Shown here: positions 33,466 to 43,325 of the stretch, piece by piece
Layout: every line of letters starts with the position of its first letter
Position numbering within the stretch: position 1 is the first letter of the stretch
DNA from: an uncultured Actinomycetes bacterium
Lineage (GTDB): Bacteria > Actinomycetota > Actinomycetes > Streptosporangiales > Streptosporangiaceae
Direction of reading: 5' to 3'
Assembly: GCA_963847965.1 (NCBI GenBank)
Contig: CAWKCG010000043.1
Span: 258,191 to 322,190 of the forward strand
Length of the DNA: 64,000 bases
Translations under genes and position numbers: made by a program
The notes under the pieces: generated by a model
Told to the model about the DNA's origin: nothing
Seen by the model: only the letters and a program-made list of their open reading frames with translations
Database searches by the model: none

Positions 33466-35663
33466 GCGATCTCTTCCGTGATGGCAGGAAAGCTGCCCGT
33501 CGCCGCCTCGGCGACGGAGGGGACGGGATCGGGGAGCAGGCCGCGGATCCGGTCCTGGATGGCCCGCGTGGTCTCGTCCGGCGGGCGTTCCGCGTCAAGC
33601 ACCAGGTAACGCCCGGGCTCCGCCTGGGCCAGCGCGAGGAACCCGTCGCGGACCCGGCGGTGGAAGGCCAGCGGCTCGGCCTCCAGCCGGTCCGCCGAAC
33701 GCGCGCGGCGCGTCAGACCGGCGATGGGGTCCATGTCCAGCAGCACGGTGAGGTCAGGGACGCGCCCGCCCGTCGCCCACCGGTTGAAGCTGGCGATGTC
33801 CTCCACCGGCAGGTTCCGCCCGGCGCCCTGGTAGGCGAGCGAGGAGTCCACGTACCGGTCGGTGATGACGATCGCGCCGCGGTCGAGCGCAGGCCCGATG
33901 ACCGAGGCGACGTGCTCGGCGCGGTCGGCCGCGTACATCAGCGCCTCCGCCCGCGGTGACATGCCCGTGTGCGTGGTGTCGAGCAGCAGCGCCCGCAGCC
34001 GCATCCCGACCTTCGTCGCGCCGGGCTCGTGCGTGGTCACCACGTCGTAACCGAGCCCGCGCAGCCAGATCGCGATCAGCCTGGCCTGCGTGGTCTTGCC
34101 CGTGCCCTCCCCGCCCTCCAGCGCGATCAGCAGCCCGGGCGGCGGCAGAGGCGGCGTGTTCCCGTTGGCATGCGCCGCCTCCGGCAGGGGCGCGAACGGC
34201 ACGCCCCGGATGGCGGACAGCAGGTCCTCCCGCAGCGGTACCCCCTTGCGGTCGTCCATGCGCCGGTAGGAGCTCACCCCGAGGACGGCCGCCACGACCG
34301 CGGCGAGCAGGACGACCGCGTTCTGCCCGACCGAGGTGTAGACGACGTGGGCGAACCGGATGTCGCCGGACCCCGTGATCCCGGCGATCAGCTTGGTCAG
34401 GGCGGCGGACAAGAACCCGACCGCGGCGATGACCACGAGCAGGATGACCTGGATCGACGACTGGAAGAACGCGAACACCCGGCCGCGGGTGTCGTCGTCG
34501 ACCTCGAGCCCCACGATCGTGAACCCGGTCGCGTAGGCGATGCCGGACAGCGCGCCGAGGACGACGACGAACACCGTGACCAGGATGAGGTTCGGCACCA
34601 GGCCGATCAGCGCGAGCGGCACGGCCGCGGCCGCGATCGTGAGCCCGAACAGCCGGCGCAGGCTGAGCCCCCCCAGCAAGCGCGGGCCGACGAGCATGCC
34701 GAGGGCGATGCCGACGAAGATCGCGGCGAACACCAGCCCGAACCCGGCGTTGCCGCCCTTCAGCGTGAACTTGATGTAGGGGTACGCGAGCCCGACCACC
34801 ACGCCGGCCGCGGCGAACGCGCCGATCATCCCGATCACCAGGCCGCGCACCACCGGGGTCTGGCCGATGAACCGCCAGCCCTCCCAGATGGCCTTGGCGG
34901 TCGACCCGACGGAGATCTTCCCGCTCGCGCTCCGCTTGGGAATCTCGCGCAGGAAGTAGACGGTGATCGCGGAGACGAAGTACGACGCGGCGTTGATGTA
35001 CAGGGCCAGCGTGACCGGATCGGTCTTGAGGAACGGGATCACATGGCTGAACGCCTGGCTGACCAGGGCGAGCACGCTGAACAGGCCGGCCGCGAGCGGC
35101 GCCGTGCCGTACGTGCCGAGCAGGCTGTACTGGTTGGCCCGCTCCAGCTTGTCCTTCGGCACCAGGTTGGGTATCGACGCCGCGGTCGCCGGGTTCCAGA
35201 ACAGCGAGGCGATCCCGGCCAGGAACTTCGCCGCGTACAGCCAGGTCAGGTTGGGGAACAGCGGGATGGAAAGGAACAGCAGCCCGCGGATGACGTCCCC
35301 GATGATCATCGTCCGCCGCCGGTCGAGCCGGTCGGCGATCGCCCCCGCCAGCGGGCCGAGCAGCAGTGCGGGCAGCAGGGTCGCGACCCAGACCCCGCTG
35401 ACCGCCGCCGTCTGCGCCGCGGCCGCCCCGGTGATGGACTGCCCGGCGGTGTGCTTCTGCGTCAGGTCCGCCGCCAGCGCGAGCAGCGCGAAGATGCTCA
35501 GCCAGTCGCCGAGGCTGGACAGCGACAGGGCGATCCACAGCCGGCGGAACGGCTTGATGGCCAGCACGCTGGGCACGCGCACGTGATTACGCCGCGTGGC
35601 GCCGTTCCCGAGCTTCTTCCCCCGGTCGGCGCCGCGGTGCGGGTCTGCGGCGCGGAAGTTCAC
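33462..35663 (-). CDS. tmk: fusion of an MFS-like membrane domain and dTMP kinase
   Basis: The N-terminal ~450 aa contain about 12 helices. The C-terminus (LLIALEGGEGTGKTTQARLIAIWLRGLGYDVVTTHEPG...DRY) is thymidylate kinase. Confidence 0.85.
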   Translation of the reverse strand: MNFRAADPHRGADRGKKLGNGATRRNHVRVPSVLAIKPFRRLWIALSLSSLGDWLSIFALLALAADLTQKHTAGQSITGAAAAQTAAVSGVWVATLLPALLLGPLAGAIADRLDRRRTMIIGDVIRGLLFLSIPLFPNLTWLYAAKFLAGIASLFWNPATAASIPNLVPKDKLERANQYSLLGTYGTAPLAAGLFSVLALVSQAFSHVIPFLKTDPVTLALYINAASYFVSAITVYFLREIPKRSASGKISVGSTAKAIWEGWRFIGQTPVVRGLVIGMIGAFAAAGVVVGLAYPYIKFTLKGGNAGFGLVFAAIFVGIALGMLVGPRLLGGLSLRRLFGLTIAAAAVPLALIGLVPNLILVTVFVVVLGALSGIAYATGFTIVGLEVDDDTRGRVFAFFQSSIQVILLVVIAAVGFLSAALTKLIAGITGSGDIRFAHVVYTSVGQNAVVLLAAVVAAVLGVSSYRRMDDRKGVPLREDLLSAIRGVPFAPLPEAAHANGNTPPLPPPGLLIALEGGEGTGKTTQARLIAIWLRGLGYDVVTTHEPGATKVGMRLRALLLDTTHTGMSPRAEALMYAADRAEHVASVIGPALDRGAIVITDRYVDSSLAYQGAGRNLPVEDIASFNRWATGGRVPDLTVLLDMDPIAGLTRRARSADRLEAEPLAFHRRVRDGFLALAQAEPGRYLVLDAERPPDETTRAIQDRIRGLLPDPVPSVAEAATGSFPAITEEIA

Positions 35664-35765
35664 GGCGTAAAGCGTATCGGCACTGTTAGCCGGATATCGG
35701 GTGAGTCCTTGATCGTGATTTTAACCCAGCTAACAGATTTGACCACCAGCGGGGTTCTTGAATAA

Positions 35766-38537
35766 TCAAGATCTCTTAGGGGCCGAACGAGCGGTGGTGC
35801 CCGTCTTCCGCCGTGTCGTGGCTACCCGTCGGCGCGGAGCCGGTGGTGCGGCGCGCCGGTCGGCGAGGAGCTCAGCGGCCCGGACGACGGTGATCGAGGC
35901 CACGTCATCGCCCTTGCGGAGCGAGGCGTTGGTCTCCCCGTCGGTGACGTAGGGGCCGAACCGGCCCTCCCTGATCACCATCGGCTTGCCGGTCGCCGGA
36001 TCCTCGCCGAGCTCGCGCAGCGGCGGTGCCGCGGCCCCGGAGCGCCGGCCTCGGGTCTTCGGCTGGGAGAACAGCTCCTTGGCTTCGGCCAGGGTCATGG
36101 TGAACAGCCGGTCTTCCGATTCAATGGACCGGCTGTCCGAGCCCTTCTTGACGTAGGGCCCGTACCTGCCGTTCTGCGCGGTGACCTGCTCGCCGTCCAG
36201 CTCGCCGAGCACCCGCGGCAGGGTGAGCAACCGCAGCGCGTCCTCCAGCGTGACCGTGTCCAGCGACATGGACTTCAGCAGGGACGCGGACCTGGGCTTG
36301 GCCAGGGCGGGCGCATCGTCGGCGGGCTGCTCGGTCACGTAGGGCCCGAACCGCCCGGCCTTGGCGACTACCACCTGGCCGGTGAGCGGGTCGCTGCCGA
36401 GGACCCGGCCGCCGTTCGGCGTATTAAAGAGCTCTTCTGCCTTTTCTACGGTCAGCTCGTCCGGTGCAATGTCCTCGGGGACGTTCACCCGCTGCCCGTC
36501 GCGCTCCAGGTAGGGGCCGTACCGGCCGACCCTGACCACGATGTCGGTGCCGGCCAGCGGGAACGAGCTGACCTCCCGCGCGTCGATGTCGCCGATGTCG
36601 CCGACCAGCGACTTCAGCCCCCGTTCCTGGCCGGCGCCGTCGCCGTCGGTGCCGAAGTAGAACCTGCGCAGCCACGGCACCCGCTCGGCCTCGCCCCTGG
36701 CGATCTCGTCCAGGACGTCTTCCATCCGGGCGGTGAACTCGTAGTCCACGAGCTGGCCGAAGTGCCGTTCCAGGAGGGTGACGACGGCGAAGGCGAGAAA
36801 CGAGGGGACGAGCGCCGGACCCCGCTTGAACACGTAGCCGCGATCCAGGATGGTGCCGATGATCGTCGCGTAGGTGGACGGCCGGCCGATCTCCCGGTCC
36901 TCGAGCTCCTTGACCAGCGACGCCTCGGTGTAGCGGGCCGGCGGCTTGGTCGAGTGGTCGGCGGGGGCCAGCCTGAGCACGTCGAGCGGGTCGTTCTCGG
37001 CGAGCGCCGGCAGCCTGCGCTCGCGGTCGTCGAGGTCGGCGGTGGGGTCGTCGGCGCCCTCGACGTAGGCCTTGAGGAACCCGTAGAAGCTGATCACCTT
37101 GCCGGTCGCGCCGAACTCGGCGCGCTCGCCCGCGCTGGACGTGCCCGCCACCCGGACCGATATCGACTCGCCGGTGGCGTCCTTCATCTGGGAGGCGACG
37201 GTGCGCTGCCAGATCAGCTCGTACAGGCGGCGTTCGTCAGAGCTCAGGCCGTCCCGCGCCACCTGGGCCGGGGTGCGGAAGCTGTCGCCGGCGGGCCGGA
37301 TGGCCTCGTGCGCCTCCTGGGCGTTCTTGACCTTGCTCTGGTAGAGGCGGGGCGCGTCGGGCACGTAGGAGGCACCGTAGAGTTCGGCTGCCTGCCGGCG
37401 GGCCGCGGTGATCGCCTCACGGGACAGCGTGACCGAGTCGGTGCGCATATAGGTGATGTAGCCGTTCTCGTACAGCCGCTGCGCCGTGGACATCGTGTGC
37501 TTGGCGGAGAACCCGAGCTTGCGCGACGCCTCCTGCTGCAGGGTGGTGGTGCGGAACGGCGCGTACGGCGAGCGCCGGTAGGGCTTGCGCTCGACGCTGG
37601 CCACCGAGAAGCTCGCCCCGTCGAGCCGCTCCGCCAGGGCGGCCGCGGCCGGCGCGTCCAGGTGCAGGACGCTGGCGGTGCGCAGTTCGCCGACGGAAGA
37701 GAAGTCGCGGCCCTGAGCGACCCGGCGGCCGTCCACGGCGACCAGGCTGGCGGTGAACGAGGTGGGCTCGCCGTCCTGGCGCTGGCCGTGGTCGCGGGTG
37801 GCGAACTCGGCTTCCAGGTCGGAGTAGCTGGCCGCGCGGAACGCGATCCGCTCGCGTTCCCGGTCGACGATCAGCCTCGTGGCGACCGACTGCACGCGCC
37901 CGGCCGACAGCTTGGGCATGACCTTCTTCCACAGCACGGGCGAGACCTCGTACCCGTACAGCCGGTCGAGCACGCGGCGCGCCTGGTAGGCGTCGACCAG
38001 GCCCTGGTCGACCTCGCGCGGGCTGGCGATGGCGCGGGAGATCGCCTCCGGCGTGATCTCGTGGAAGACCATCCGGTGCGTCGGCACCTTGGGCTTGAGC
38101 TCCTCGACCAGGTGCCAGGCGATGGCCTCGCCCTCGCGGTCCTCGTCCGTCGCGAGGAGCAGTTCGTCCGCGTCCTTCAGCAGGCTCTTGAGCTTGGAGA
38201 CCTGCTGCCGCTTGCCGCTCTGGACGACGTACAGCGGCGCGAAGTTGTCGTCCACGTTGACGCCGAGCCTGGCCCACGGCTCGGTGCGGTACTTGGCCGG
38301 GATCTCCGCCGCGCTGTCGGGCATGTCGCGGATGTGGCCGACGCTGGACTCCACCACGTAGCCGCGGCCGAGGTACCCGGCGATGGTCCTGGCCTTGGAC
38401 GGGGACTCGACGATGACCAGCGTGGTGCCATGGCCGTCACCCGATCCGGCTCTCGCCTTCGCACCGCCGGTCTTCGCCCCCGTGGCCCGGGGACCGGTCC
38501 CCGTCTTCGCCTTTGCCGCCGTTGTCCTTGCTGGCAC
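35766..38537 (-). CDS. topA: DNA topoisomerase I
   Basis: Toprim block TLVIVESPSKARTI...DEDREGEAIAWH; catalytic ITYMRTDS; C-terminal repeated GRFGPYV modules and a basic tail; 923 aa. Confidence 0.95.
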   Translation of the reverse strand: MPARTTAAKAKTGTGPRATGAKTGGAKARAGSGDGHGTTLVIVESPSKARTIAGYLGRGYVVESSVGHIRDMPDSAAEIPAKYRTEPWARLGVNVDDNFAPLYVVQSGKRQQVSKLKSLLKDADELLLATDEDREGEAIAWHLVEELKPKVPTHRMVFHEITPEAISRAIASPREVDQGLVDAYQARRVLDRLYGYEVSPVLWKKVMPKLSAGRVQSVATRLIVDRERERIAFRAASYSDLEAEFATRDHGQRQDGEPTSFTASLVAVDGRRVAQGRDFSSVGELRTASVLHLDAPAAAALAERLDGASFSVASVERKPYRRSPYAPFRTTTLQQEASRKLGFSAKHTMSTAQRLYENGYITYMRTDSVTLSREAITAARRQAAELYGASYVPDAPRLYQSKVKNAQEAHEAIRPAGDSFRTPAQVARDGLSSDERRLYELIWQRTVASQMKDATGESISVRVAGTSSAGERAEFGATGKVISFYGFLKAYVEGADDPTADLDDRERRLPALAENDPLDVLRLAPADHSTKPPARYTEASLVKELEDREIGRPSTYATIIGTILDRGYVFKRGPALVPSFLAFAVVTLLERHFGQLVDYEFTARMEDVLDEIARGEAERVPWLRRFYFGTDGDGAGQERGLKSLVGDIGDIDAREVSSFPLAGTDIVVRVGRYGPYLERDGQRVNVPEDIAPDELTVEKAEELFNTPNGGRVLGSDPLTGQVVVAKAGRFGPYVTEQPADDAPALAKPRSASLLKSMSLDTVTLEDALRLLTLPRVLGELDGEQVTAQNGRYGPYVKKGSDSRSIESEDRLFTMTLAEAKELFSQPKTRGRRSGAAAPPLRELGEDPATGKPMVIREGRFGPYVTDGETNASLRKGDDVASITVVRAAELLADRRAAPPAPRRRVATTRRKTGTTARSAPKRS

Positions 38538-38712
38538 GCTCTTCCCGTCCTCGCCTTCGCGTCATAACCGTCTCACGGTACCGCCGGTCAGACGCCACCC
38601 TTCAGCTGTAACCTTCGGCCCGGTTCGGCGTGTTCCCTCCCGTTCGCGGAACAAGCCGGACATTCTGCCACCGCAGGTTGAACCACCGGTGAACTCAAGC
38701 AGAATAGGACCG

Positions 38713-38907
38713 ATGGCCGAGTATGCCTACCTCGTTGTCTACCTGCCGCGCGGAATGTCCCGAGACGCTCGCGACACCGCGAGGCGGATCCTAGCCGAGC
38801 ACGCCGAGTACGGGGACTGGGAACTGTCCAGGCTCCGGCTCAACGCGGACGGCAGCAGGAAGGCTACCCTACGAAGGCGGATCATACGCCCAGTCCGCAC
38901 GCTGTGA
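38713..38907 (+). CDS. DUF5703-like small conserved actinobacterial protein
   Basis: MAEYAYLVVYLPRGMSRDARDTARRILAEHAEYGDWELSRLRLNADGSRKATLRRRIIR. The family name is recalled from memory. Confidence 0.55.
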   Translation: MAEYAYLVVYLPRGMSRDARDTARRILAEHAEYGDWELSRLRLNADGSRKATLRRRIIRPVRTL

Positions 38908-38976
38908 ACTCATCCGGCGACATGTCGGATCGGACACGGCTCCTACCTGCGGAAAGCCGACCATCGCGGTCAAGCG

Positions 38977-40287
38977 TCAGCAGAGATCGAGAAACCTGTC
39001 AAGGACCCTCGTGCCGAATCGCAAGCCGTCGACCGGGACTCTCTCATCGATCCCGTGGAACATGCCCGAGAAGTCCAGATCCGGCGAGAGCCGCAGCGGG
39101 GTGAACCCGAAGCAGCGCATGCCGAGCCGGCTGAACGACTTGGCGTCGGTGCCACCGGACATGCAGTAAGGAAGGACCCGGGCACCCGGGTCTTCCCCGG
39201 TCAGCGCGCTGGTCATCGCGGCGTACAGGTCGCCGTCCGGCGTCGTCTCCAGGGCGATGTCGGTGTGGATGAACTCGCGGGTCACGCCCGGGCCTAGGAC
39301 GCGGTCCAGTTCGGCAAAGAACTCCTCCTCATGCCCGGGAAGGAAGCGCCCGTCGATTTCGGCCTCCGCGGTCTGCGGCACCACGTTGACCTTGTACCCG
39401 GCGCGGAGAACGGTCGGATTCACCGTGTTCCTCAGCGTCGCGCCGATGAAGCGGGAGATCGCGCCGATCTTGCCGAGCGCCAGCCCCGGATCGTCCTCGG
39501 CGAACTCGATGCCGAGCGCCTCGCAGACTCCCTCGAGGAACGCCCGGGCCGAAGGGATCAGCCGCGTCGGCCAGTCGTGCCGCCCCAGCCTGGCGATCGC
39601 CTCGGCCAGCGTGGTCACCGCGTTGTCCGGCTGGATCATCGAGCCGTGCCCGGCCGTGCCGCGCGCCGTCAGCCGCATCCAGGCCATCCCCTTCTCCGCG
39701 GTCTGCAGCAGGTAGAGCCGCTGCCCGGCGAGGGTCAGGCTGAACCCGCCGACCTCGCCCACCGCCTCGGTGACGCCGTCGAACAAGCCCGCGTGGCTGT
39801 CCACCAGCCACCGGGCCCCCCAGGTCCCGCCCGCCTCCTCATCCGCGGTGAACGCCAGCACGACGTCGCGGGCCGGCGGGCGGCCTTCGCGCTGCCGCTG
39901 CCGCACCACGGCGAGGATCATCGCGTCCATGTCCTTCATGTCGATCGCGCCACGCCCCCACACGCACCCGTCGGCGACGTCCGCGGCGAACGGGTCGTGC
40001 CGCCAGTCCGGCGCGTTGGCCGGGACCACGTCGAGGTGACCGTGGACGAGCAAGCCCGGCCGTTCGGCGTCGCGGCCGCTGATCCGCGCCACCACGCTCG
40101 CGCGCTTCGGGTGCGACTCCAGGATCACGGGGTCGAGCCCGGCCTCGGACAAGAGCCCCGCCACGTGCTCCGCGGCCAGCCGCTCCCCCGGACCCGAATG
40201 ATCCCCCGGGTTCGACGTGTCGATCCTGATGAGGTCCCGGCATATGTCCACGACCTCGTCCTGCGCGGTCACCTGGTTCGCTGTCAC
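38977..40287 (-). CDS. M20/M25/M40 family metallopeptidase
   Basis: LLVHGHLDVVPA, GRGAIDMKD, FTADEEAGG. GTG 40287 is preferred; the track start at 40428 would abut the tRNA. Confidence 0.85.
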   Translation of the reverse strand: MTANQVTAQDEVVDICRDLIRIDTSNPGDHSGPGERLAAEHVAGLLSEAGLDPVILESHPKRASVVARISGRDAERPGLLVHGHLDVVPANAPDWRHDPFAADVADGCVWGRGAIDMKDMDAMILAVVRQRQREGRPPARDVVLAFTADEEAGGTWGARWLVDSHAGLFDGVTEAVGEVGGFSLTLAGQRLYLLQTAEKGMAWMRLTARGTAGHGSMIQPDNAVTTLAEAIARLGRHDWPTRLIPSARAFLEGVCEALGIEFAEDDPGLALGKIGAISRFIGATLRNTVNPTVLRAGYKVNVVPQTAEAEIDGRFLPGHEEEFFAELDRVLGPGVTREFIHTDIALETTPDGDLYAAMTSALTGEDPGARVLPYCMSGGTDAKSFSRLGMRCFGFTPLRLSPDLDFSGMFHGIDERVPVDGLRFGTRVLDRFLDLC

Positions 40288-40436
40288 CGCTCCATCGTCC
40301 CACTCCGGCTGCCGGGGCGCCCGGGCGCACCGCCTGGCCGCCCCACCCCGGGCCCGCAGATTCGCCGCCCCAGCCACTTCGCCTGAGGCCCCTCGGTTTG
40401 CTAAGGTAAGCCAGCCGGCGTACCACACCGTCGAGC

Positions 40437-40521
40437 GTCCGGGTGGCGGAATAGGCAGACGCGCTAGCTTGAGGTGCTAGTGCCCGTTAAGGGCATGGGG
40501 GTTCAAGTCCCCCCTCGGACA
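40437..40521 (+). tRNA. tRNA-Leu (anticodon GAG)
   Basis: Folded by hand. Acceptor GTCCGGG/CTCGGAC (one G-T pair); anticodon stem CTAGC/GCTAG with loop TTGAGGT; long variable arm TGCCCGTTAAGGGCAT; T arm GGGGG-TTCAAGT-CCCCC; 85 nt. Confidence 0.9.
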
Positions 40522-40595
40522 CTTTTTCGAAAAAGATGCTGTTAACTGCCGTTAAGCTGAACGCCTGCTGGGTTCAGCGCCGGATCTGGGGTGTG

Positions 40596-40865
40596 TCAGG
40601 CGGCGACGAGCGGATGGGCCTTCGCCTGCTCATAGAGGGGTTCTGGTGCGAGGTCGATACCGCCGGGCCAGGCGATAGTTCCCGCCTCCGGGTCCACCCG
40701 GACCTGGGCGAAGTAGGCCGGGTCATCCAGCGGCTCCAGGACGCCCGTCCATGGCTCAGCCGAGAAGTCGACATCGCCGGCTGTGGCGTCGCTGAACAGC
40801 AGCCGGAGCACCTGGTCGCCGACCACGGCGACACCTACCACGACCGGCAGGTAGTTCTCACTCAC
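40596..40865 (-). CDS. DUF2442-like small protein
   Basis: GTG 40865, 10 nt after the DUF4160 stop. VSENYLPVVVGVAVVGDQVLRLLFSDATAGDVDF...IDLAPEPLYEQA. Confidence 0.55.
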   Translation of the reverse strand: MSENYLPVVVGVAVVGDQVLRLLFSDATAGDVDFSAEPWTGVLEPLDDPAYFAQVRVDPEAGTIAWPGGIDLAPEPLYEQAKAHPLVAA

Positions 40866-40875
40866 ACCCACAATC

Positions 40876-41139
40876 CTACGGCAGCGGCTCGATCCCGAGC
40901 AGAGGCTCGTTCCGCCTGGCCCGCTCCCAGTTCGCCAGAATCTCCTCCCTCCGCAGGCTGGCCCACTCCCTGACGAACTGAAGCGCCCGAGGTTCCAGGC
41001 TGCCGGCAAGCACGTCTCCGTTCATCGAGACCGAGGCGCGGCGCCCGGCATGGTACGCATGAAAGTGCACCACTGGGTGGTCCCGCTCGTTCCAGTACAT
41101 GTAGATCACCACTCCGTAGAATGCGCTGATCCGCGGCAC
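40876..41139 (-). CDS. DUF4160-domain protein
   Basis: MPRISAFYGVVIYMYWNERDHPVVHFHAYHAG...LEPRALQFVREWASLRREEILANWERA. Confidence 0.75.
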   Translation of the reverse strand: MPRISAFYGVVIYMYWNERDHPVVHFHAYHAGRRASVSMNGDVLAGSLEPRALQFVREWASLRREEILANWERARRNEPLLGIEPLP

Positions 41140-41250
41140 GGCACGACAATAACCGGATTGCCCTCATCGCTCCCGAGGAGCGCCCCAAATCGTCGCCAGG
41201 CGCAGACGAGCCGCCATCGAGGCGCGGGCGTCCTGCGGACTCGCGAGTGA

Positions 41251-43044
41251 ATGACCGCGCCAGGTCGAACGTGCGTTTCCCGGGTCGGCCGCGGGCCGCG
41301 GGCTGCGGCGCGAACGTTGCCGCCCGTCAGGCTCCGGGTTACCGTCGGGCGTGTGAACGAGCTAGATGGCGGCGCCGGTGCCGTCGGCCGGGAGCTGGGC
41401 CATGATCCACCCGATCAGGCGCGGCTGCGTCAGCTTGCTGAAGAGCAGGCGGCGTTGCGCCGGGTCGCGACGCTGGTGGCACGCGGGACGGCACCGGAGC
41501 AAGTGTTCGCGGCGGTCATCGAGGAGGTCGGGCGACTGCTTCCGGTCGATGTGGTGAGCATGAGCCACTACCAGGAAGAGGGTGTGCTCACCTTCGCCGC
41601 CAGGTGGGGCAAGCGAGCCAGCCACTTTCCCGTCGGCTACCGATTGGCGCTTGGAGGACGCAACGTGGGCACGCTGGTCTTCGAGACCGGCCGTCCGGCC
41701 CGGGTCGACGGCTATGCCGGCAGCTCCTCGGGCCCGATCGGTGCAGTTTCCCGCGAGGCCGGCCTCCAATCGTCGGTCGGGTCGCCGATTATCGTCGACG
41801 GCAGCCTGTGGGGCGTGATCGCCGCCGGCTCGACCCTGGCGCCGCTACCGGCGGACACCGAGGCGCGACTGGCGTCGTTCACCGAACTCGTGGCGACCGC
41901 GATCGCCAACGCCGAGAGCCGCGCCGCCCTGGCCCGGCTGGCCGAGGAGCAGGCCGCGTTGCGGCGCGTCGCGACGCTCGTCGCGGGCGGGACGTCGCCG
42001 GACATGGTATTCGCGGCGGTCGCCGGGGAGATCAGGCAGCTGCTTCCGGTGGACGTGGCCAGCATGTGCCGCTACGAGCCCGGCGGTGTGCTCACCTACC
42101 TCGCTGTCCTGGGCAGTGCGGGCGAGCACTTTTCCGTTGGCAGCCGGCAGACGCTCGGAGGGAAGAACCTAGCCACCCTGGTGTTCGATACCGGCCGTCC
42201 GGCCCGGATCGACCGCTACGTCGATACCTCTGGCCCGATCGGTGCTGCCTCTCGCGAGGCGGGCATGAGCTCCGCGGTCGCCGTACCGGTCATCGTCGAG
42301 GGCCGCCTTTGGGGCGCGATCGTCGCCGGCTCGACCTTGGAGGAGCCGTTGCCGCCGGACGCCGAGGAGCGCCTGGTCTCGTTCACCGAGCTGGTGGCCA
42401 CGGCGATCGCGAACGCTGACAGCCGGGCGGAGCTGCTGGCCTCCCGCGCGCGGATCGTCGCCGCTGCCGACGAGGCGCGGCGGCGGATCGAGCGTGACCT
42501 GCACGACGGCACCCAGCAGCAGCTGGTGTCGGTGCTGCTGGACCTGCGGGCGGTGCAGGCGGCGGTGCCCCCGCAGCTCGGCGAGCTGGACGGCGGGCTG
42601 GCGCGCATCGCCGAGCGGGTCACCGGCGTGTTTGAACAGGTGCGGGAGATATCCCACGGGATTCACCCCGCGATCTTGTCGGAGCGGGGCCTGCAGGCCG
42701 CACTGAAGATGCTGGCGCGCCGGTCCGCGGTGCCGGTGGAGCTGGATCTGCGCACCGGGCCGCGGCTGCCCCGGCCGGTCGAGGTCGCGGCGTACTACGC
42801 GGTGTCCGAAGCGCTGGCCAACGCGGCCAAGCACGCGCACGCTTCCGCCGTGCACGTCGAACTCGATACGCCGGACACGGCGCTGCGGCTGGCGATCCGC
42901 GACGACGGGATCGGCGGAGCCGACCCTGCCAAGGGATCCGGGCTGACAGGGCTCCGCGACCGCATCGAGGCGGTCGGAGGCACGCTCGACGTGACCAGCC
43001 CGGCCGGCGGCGGCACCACGCTGCTCATCGACATCCCGATCTAG
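41251..43044 (+). CDS. cytoplasmic GAF-GAF sensor histidine kinase (HisKA_3/NarL-type), orphan
   Basis: Two GAF repeats, each opened by EEQAALRRVATLVA. H-box ERDLHDGTQQQL. HATPase N and G boxes (EALANAAKHA, DDGIGGAD, GLTGLRDR). The start is uncertain; GTG 41353 is possible. Confidence 0.85.
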   Translation: MTAPGRTCVSRVGRGPRAAARTLPPVRLRVTVGRVNELDGGAGAVGRELGHDPPDQARLRQLAEEQAALRRVATLVARGTAPEQVFAAVIEEVGRLLPVDVVSMSHYQEEGVLTFAARWGKRASHFPVGYRLALGGRNVGTLVFETGRPARVDGYAGSSSGPIGAVSREAGLQSSVGSPIIVDGSLWGVIAAGSTLAPLPADTEARLASFTELVATAIANAESRAALARLAEEQAALRRVATLVAGGTSPDMVFAAVAGEIRQLLPVDVASMCRYEPGGVLTYLAVLGSAGEHFSVGSRQTLGGKNLATLVFDTGRPARIDRYVDTSGPIGAASREAGMSSAVAVPVIVEGRLWGAIVAGSTLEEPLPPDAEERLVSFTELVATAIANADSRAELLASRARIVAAADEARRRIERDLHDGTQQQLVSVLLDLRAVQAAVPPQLGELDGGLARIAERVTGVFEQVREISHGIHPAILSERGLQAALKMLARRSAVPVELDLRTGPRLPRPVEVAAYYAVSEALANAAKHAHASAVHVELDTPDTALRLAIRDDGIGGADPAKGSGLTGLRDRIEAVGGTLDVTSPAGGGTTLLIDIPI

Positions 43045-43325
43045 CCGGGACCTAAAGCTTCCGGCCCTGTCCGCATCGGCCATGACCGGGACAGAGTGAG
43101 CAAGCTCATCGGTGACTCCAATCGGTGCTCATGGGCAACCGGACGAGTACTGCGTCCCGGCTCGGCCGATGTGCTGTCCGTATCGCGTTATCCCCAGCCC
43201 CGCGCTTCCCGGCGCTCTCGTCGTTGCAGCCGGCGGGCCTCGATGCGTTCGTGCCGACGGGCATGAAGGTGATCGTGAGCGCCGGGCCGGGCCGGGATGG
43301 CCGTACCGCGGCCGGCGGCTGACTT

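Noticed and set aside
33754-35765. Long ORFs 33754..35538 (-) and 33969..35765 (+) overlapping the MFS-tmk gene
   Set aside because: The products are Arg/Pro/Gly/Asp-rich and low in complexity, as expected for alternative frames of a >70% GC gene. The 33462..35663 frame carries clear tmk and transporter sequence.
35752-35770. Small AT-rich palindrome TCTTGA-ataa-TCAAGA at the topA stop codon
   Set aside because: The stem is only 6 bp and the element is weak. It is not convincing as a terminator.
36762-38567. 601-aa plus-strand ORF antisense to topA
   Set aside because: This is a shadow frame of an unmistakable topA gene. The composition is dominated by G, R, A, V, D and L, with no motifs.
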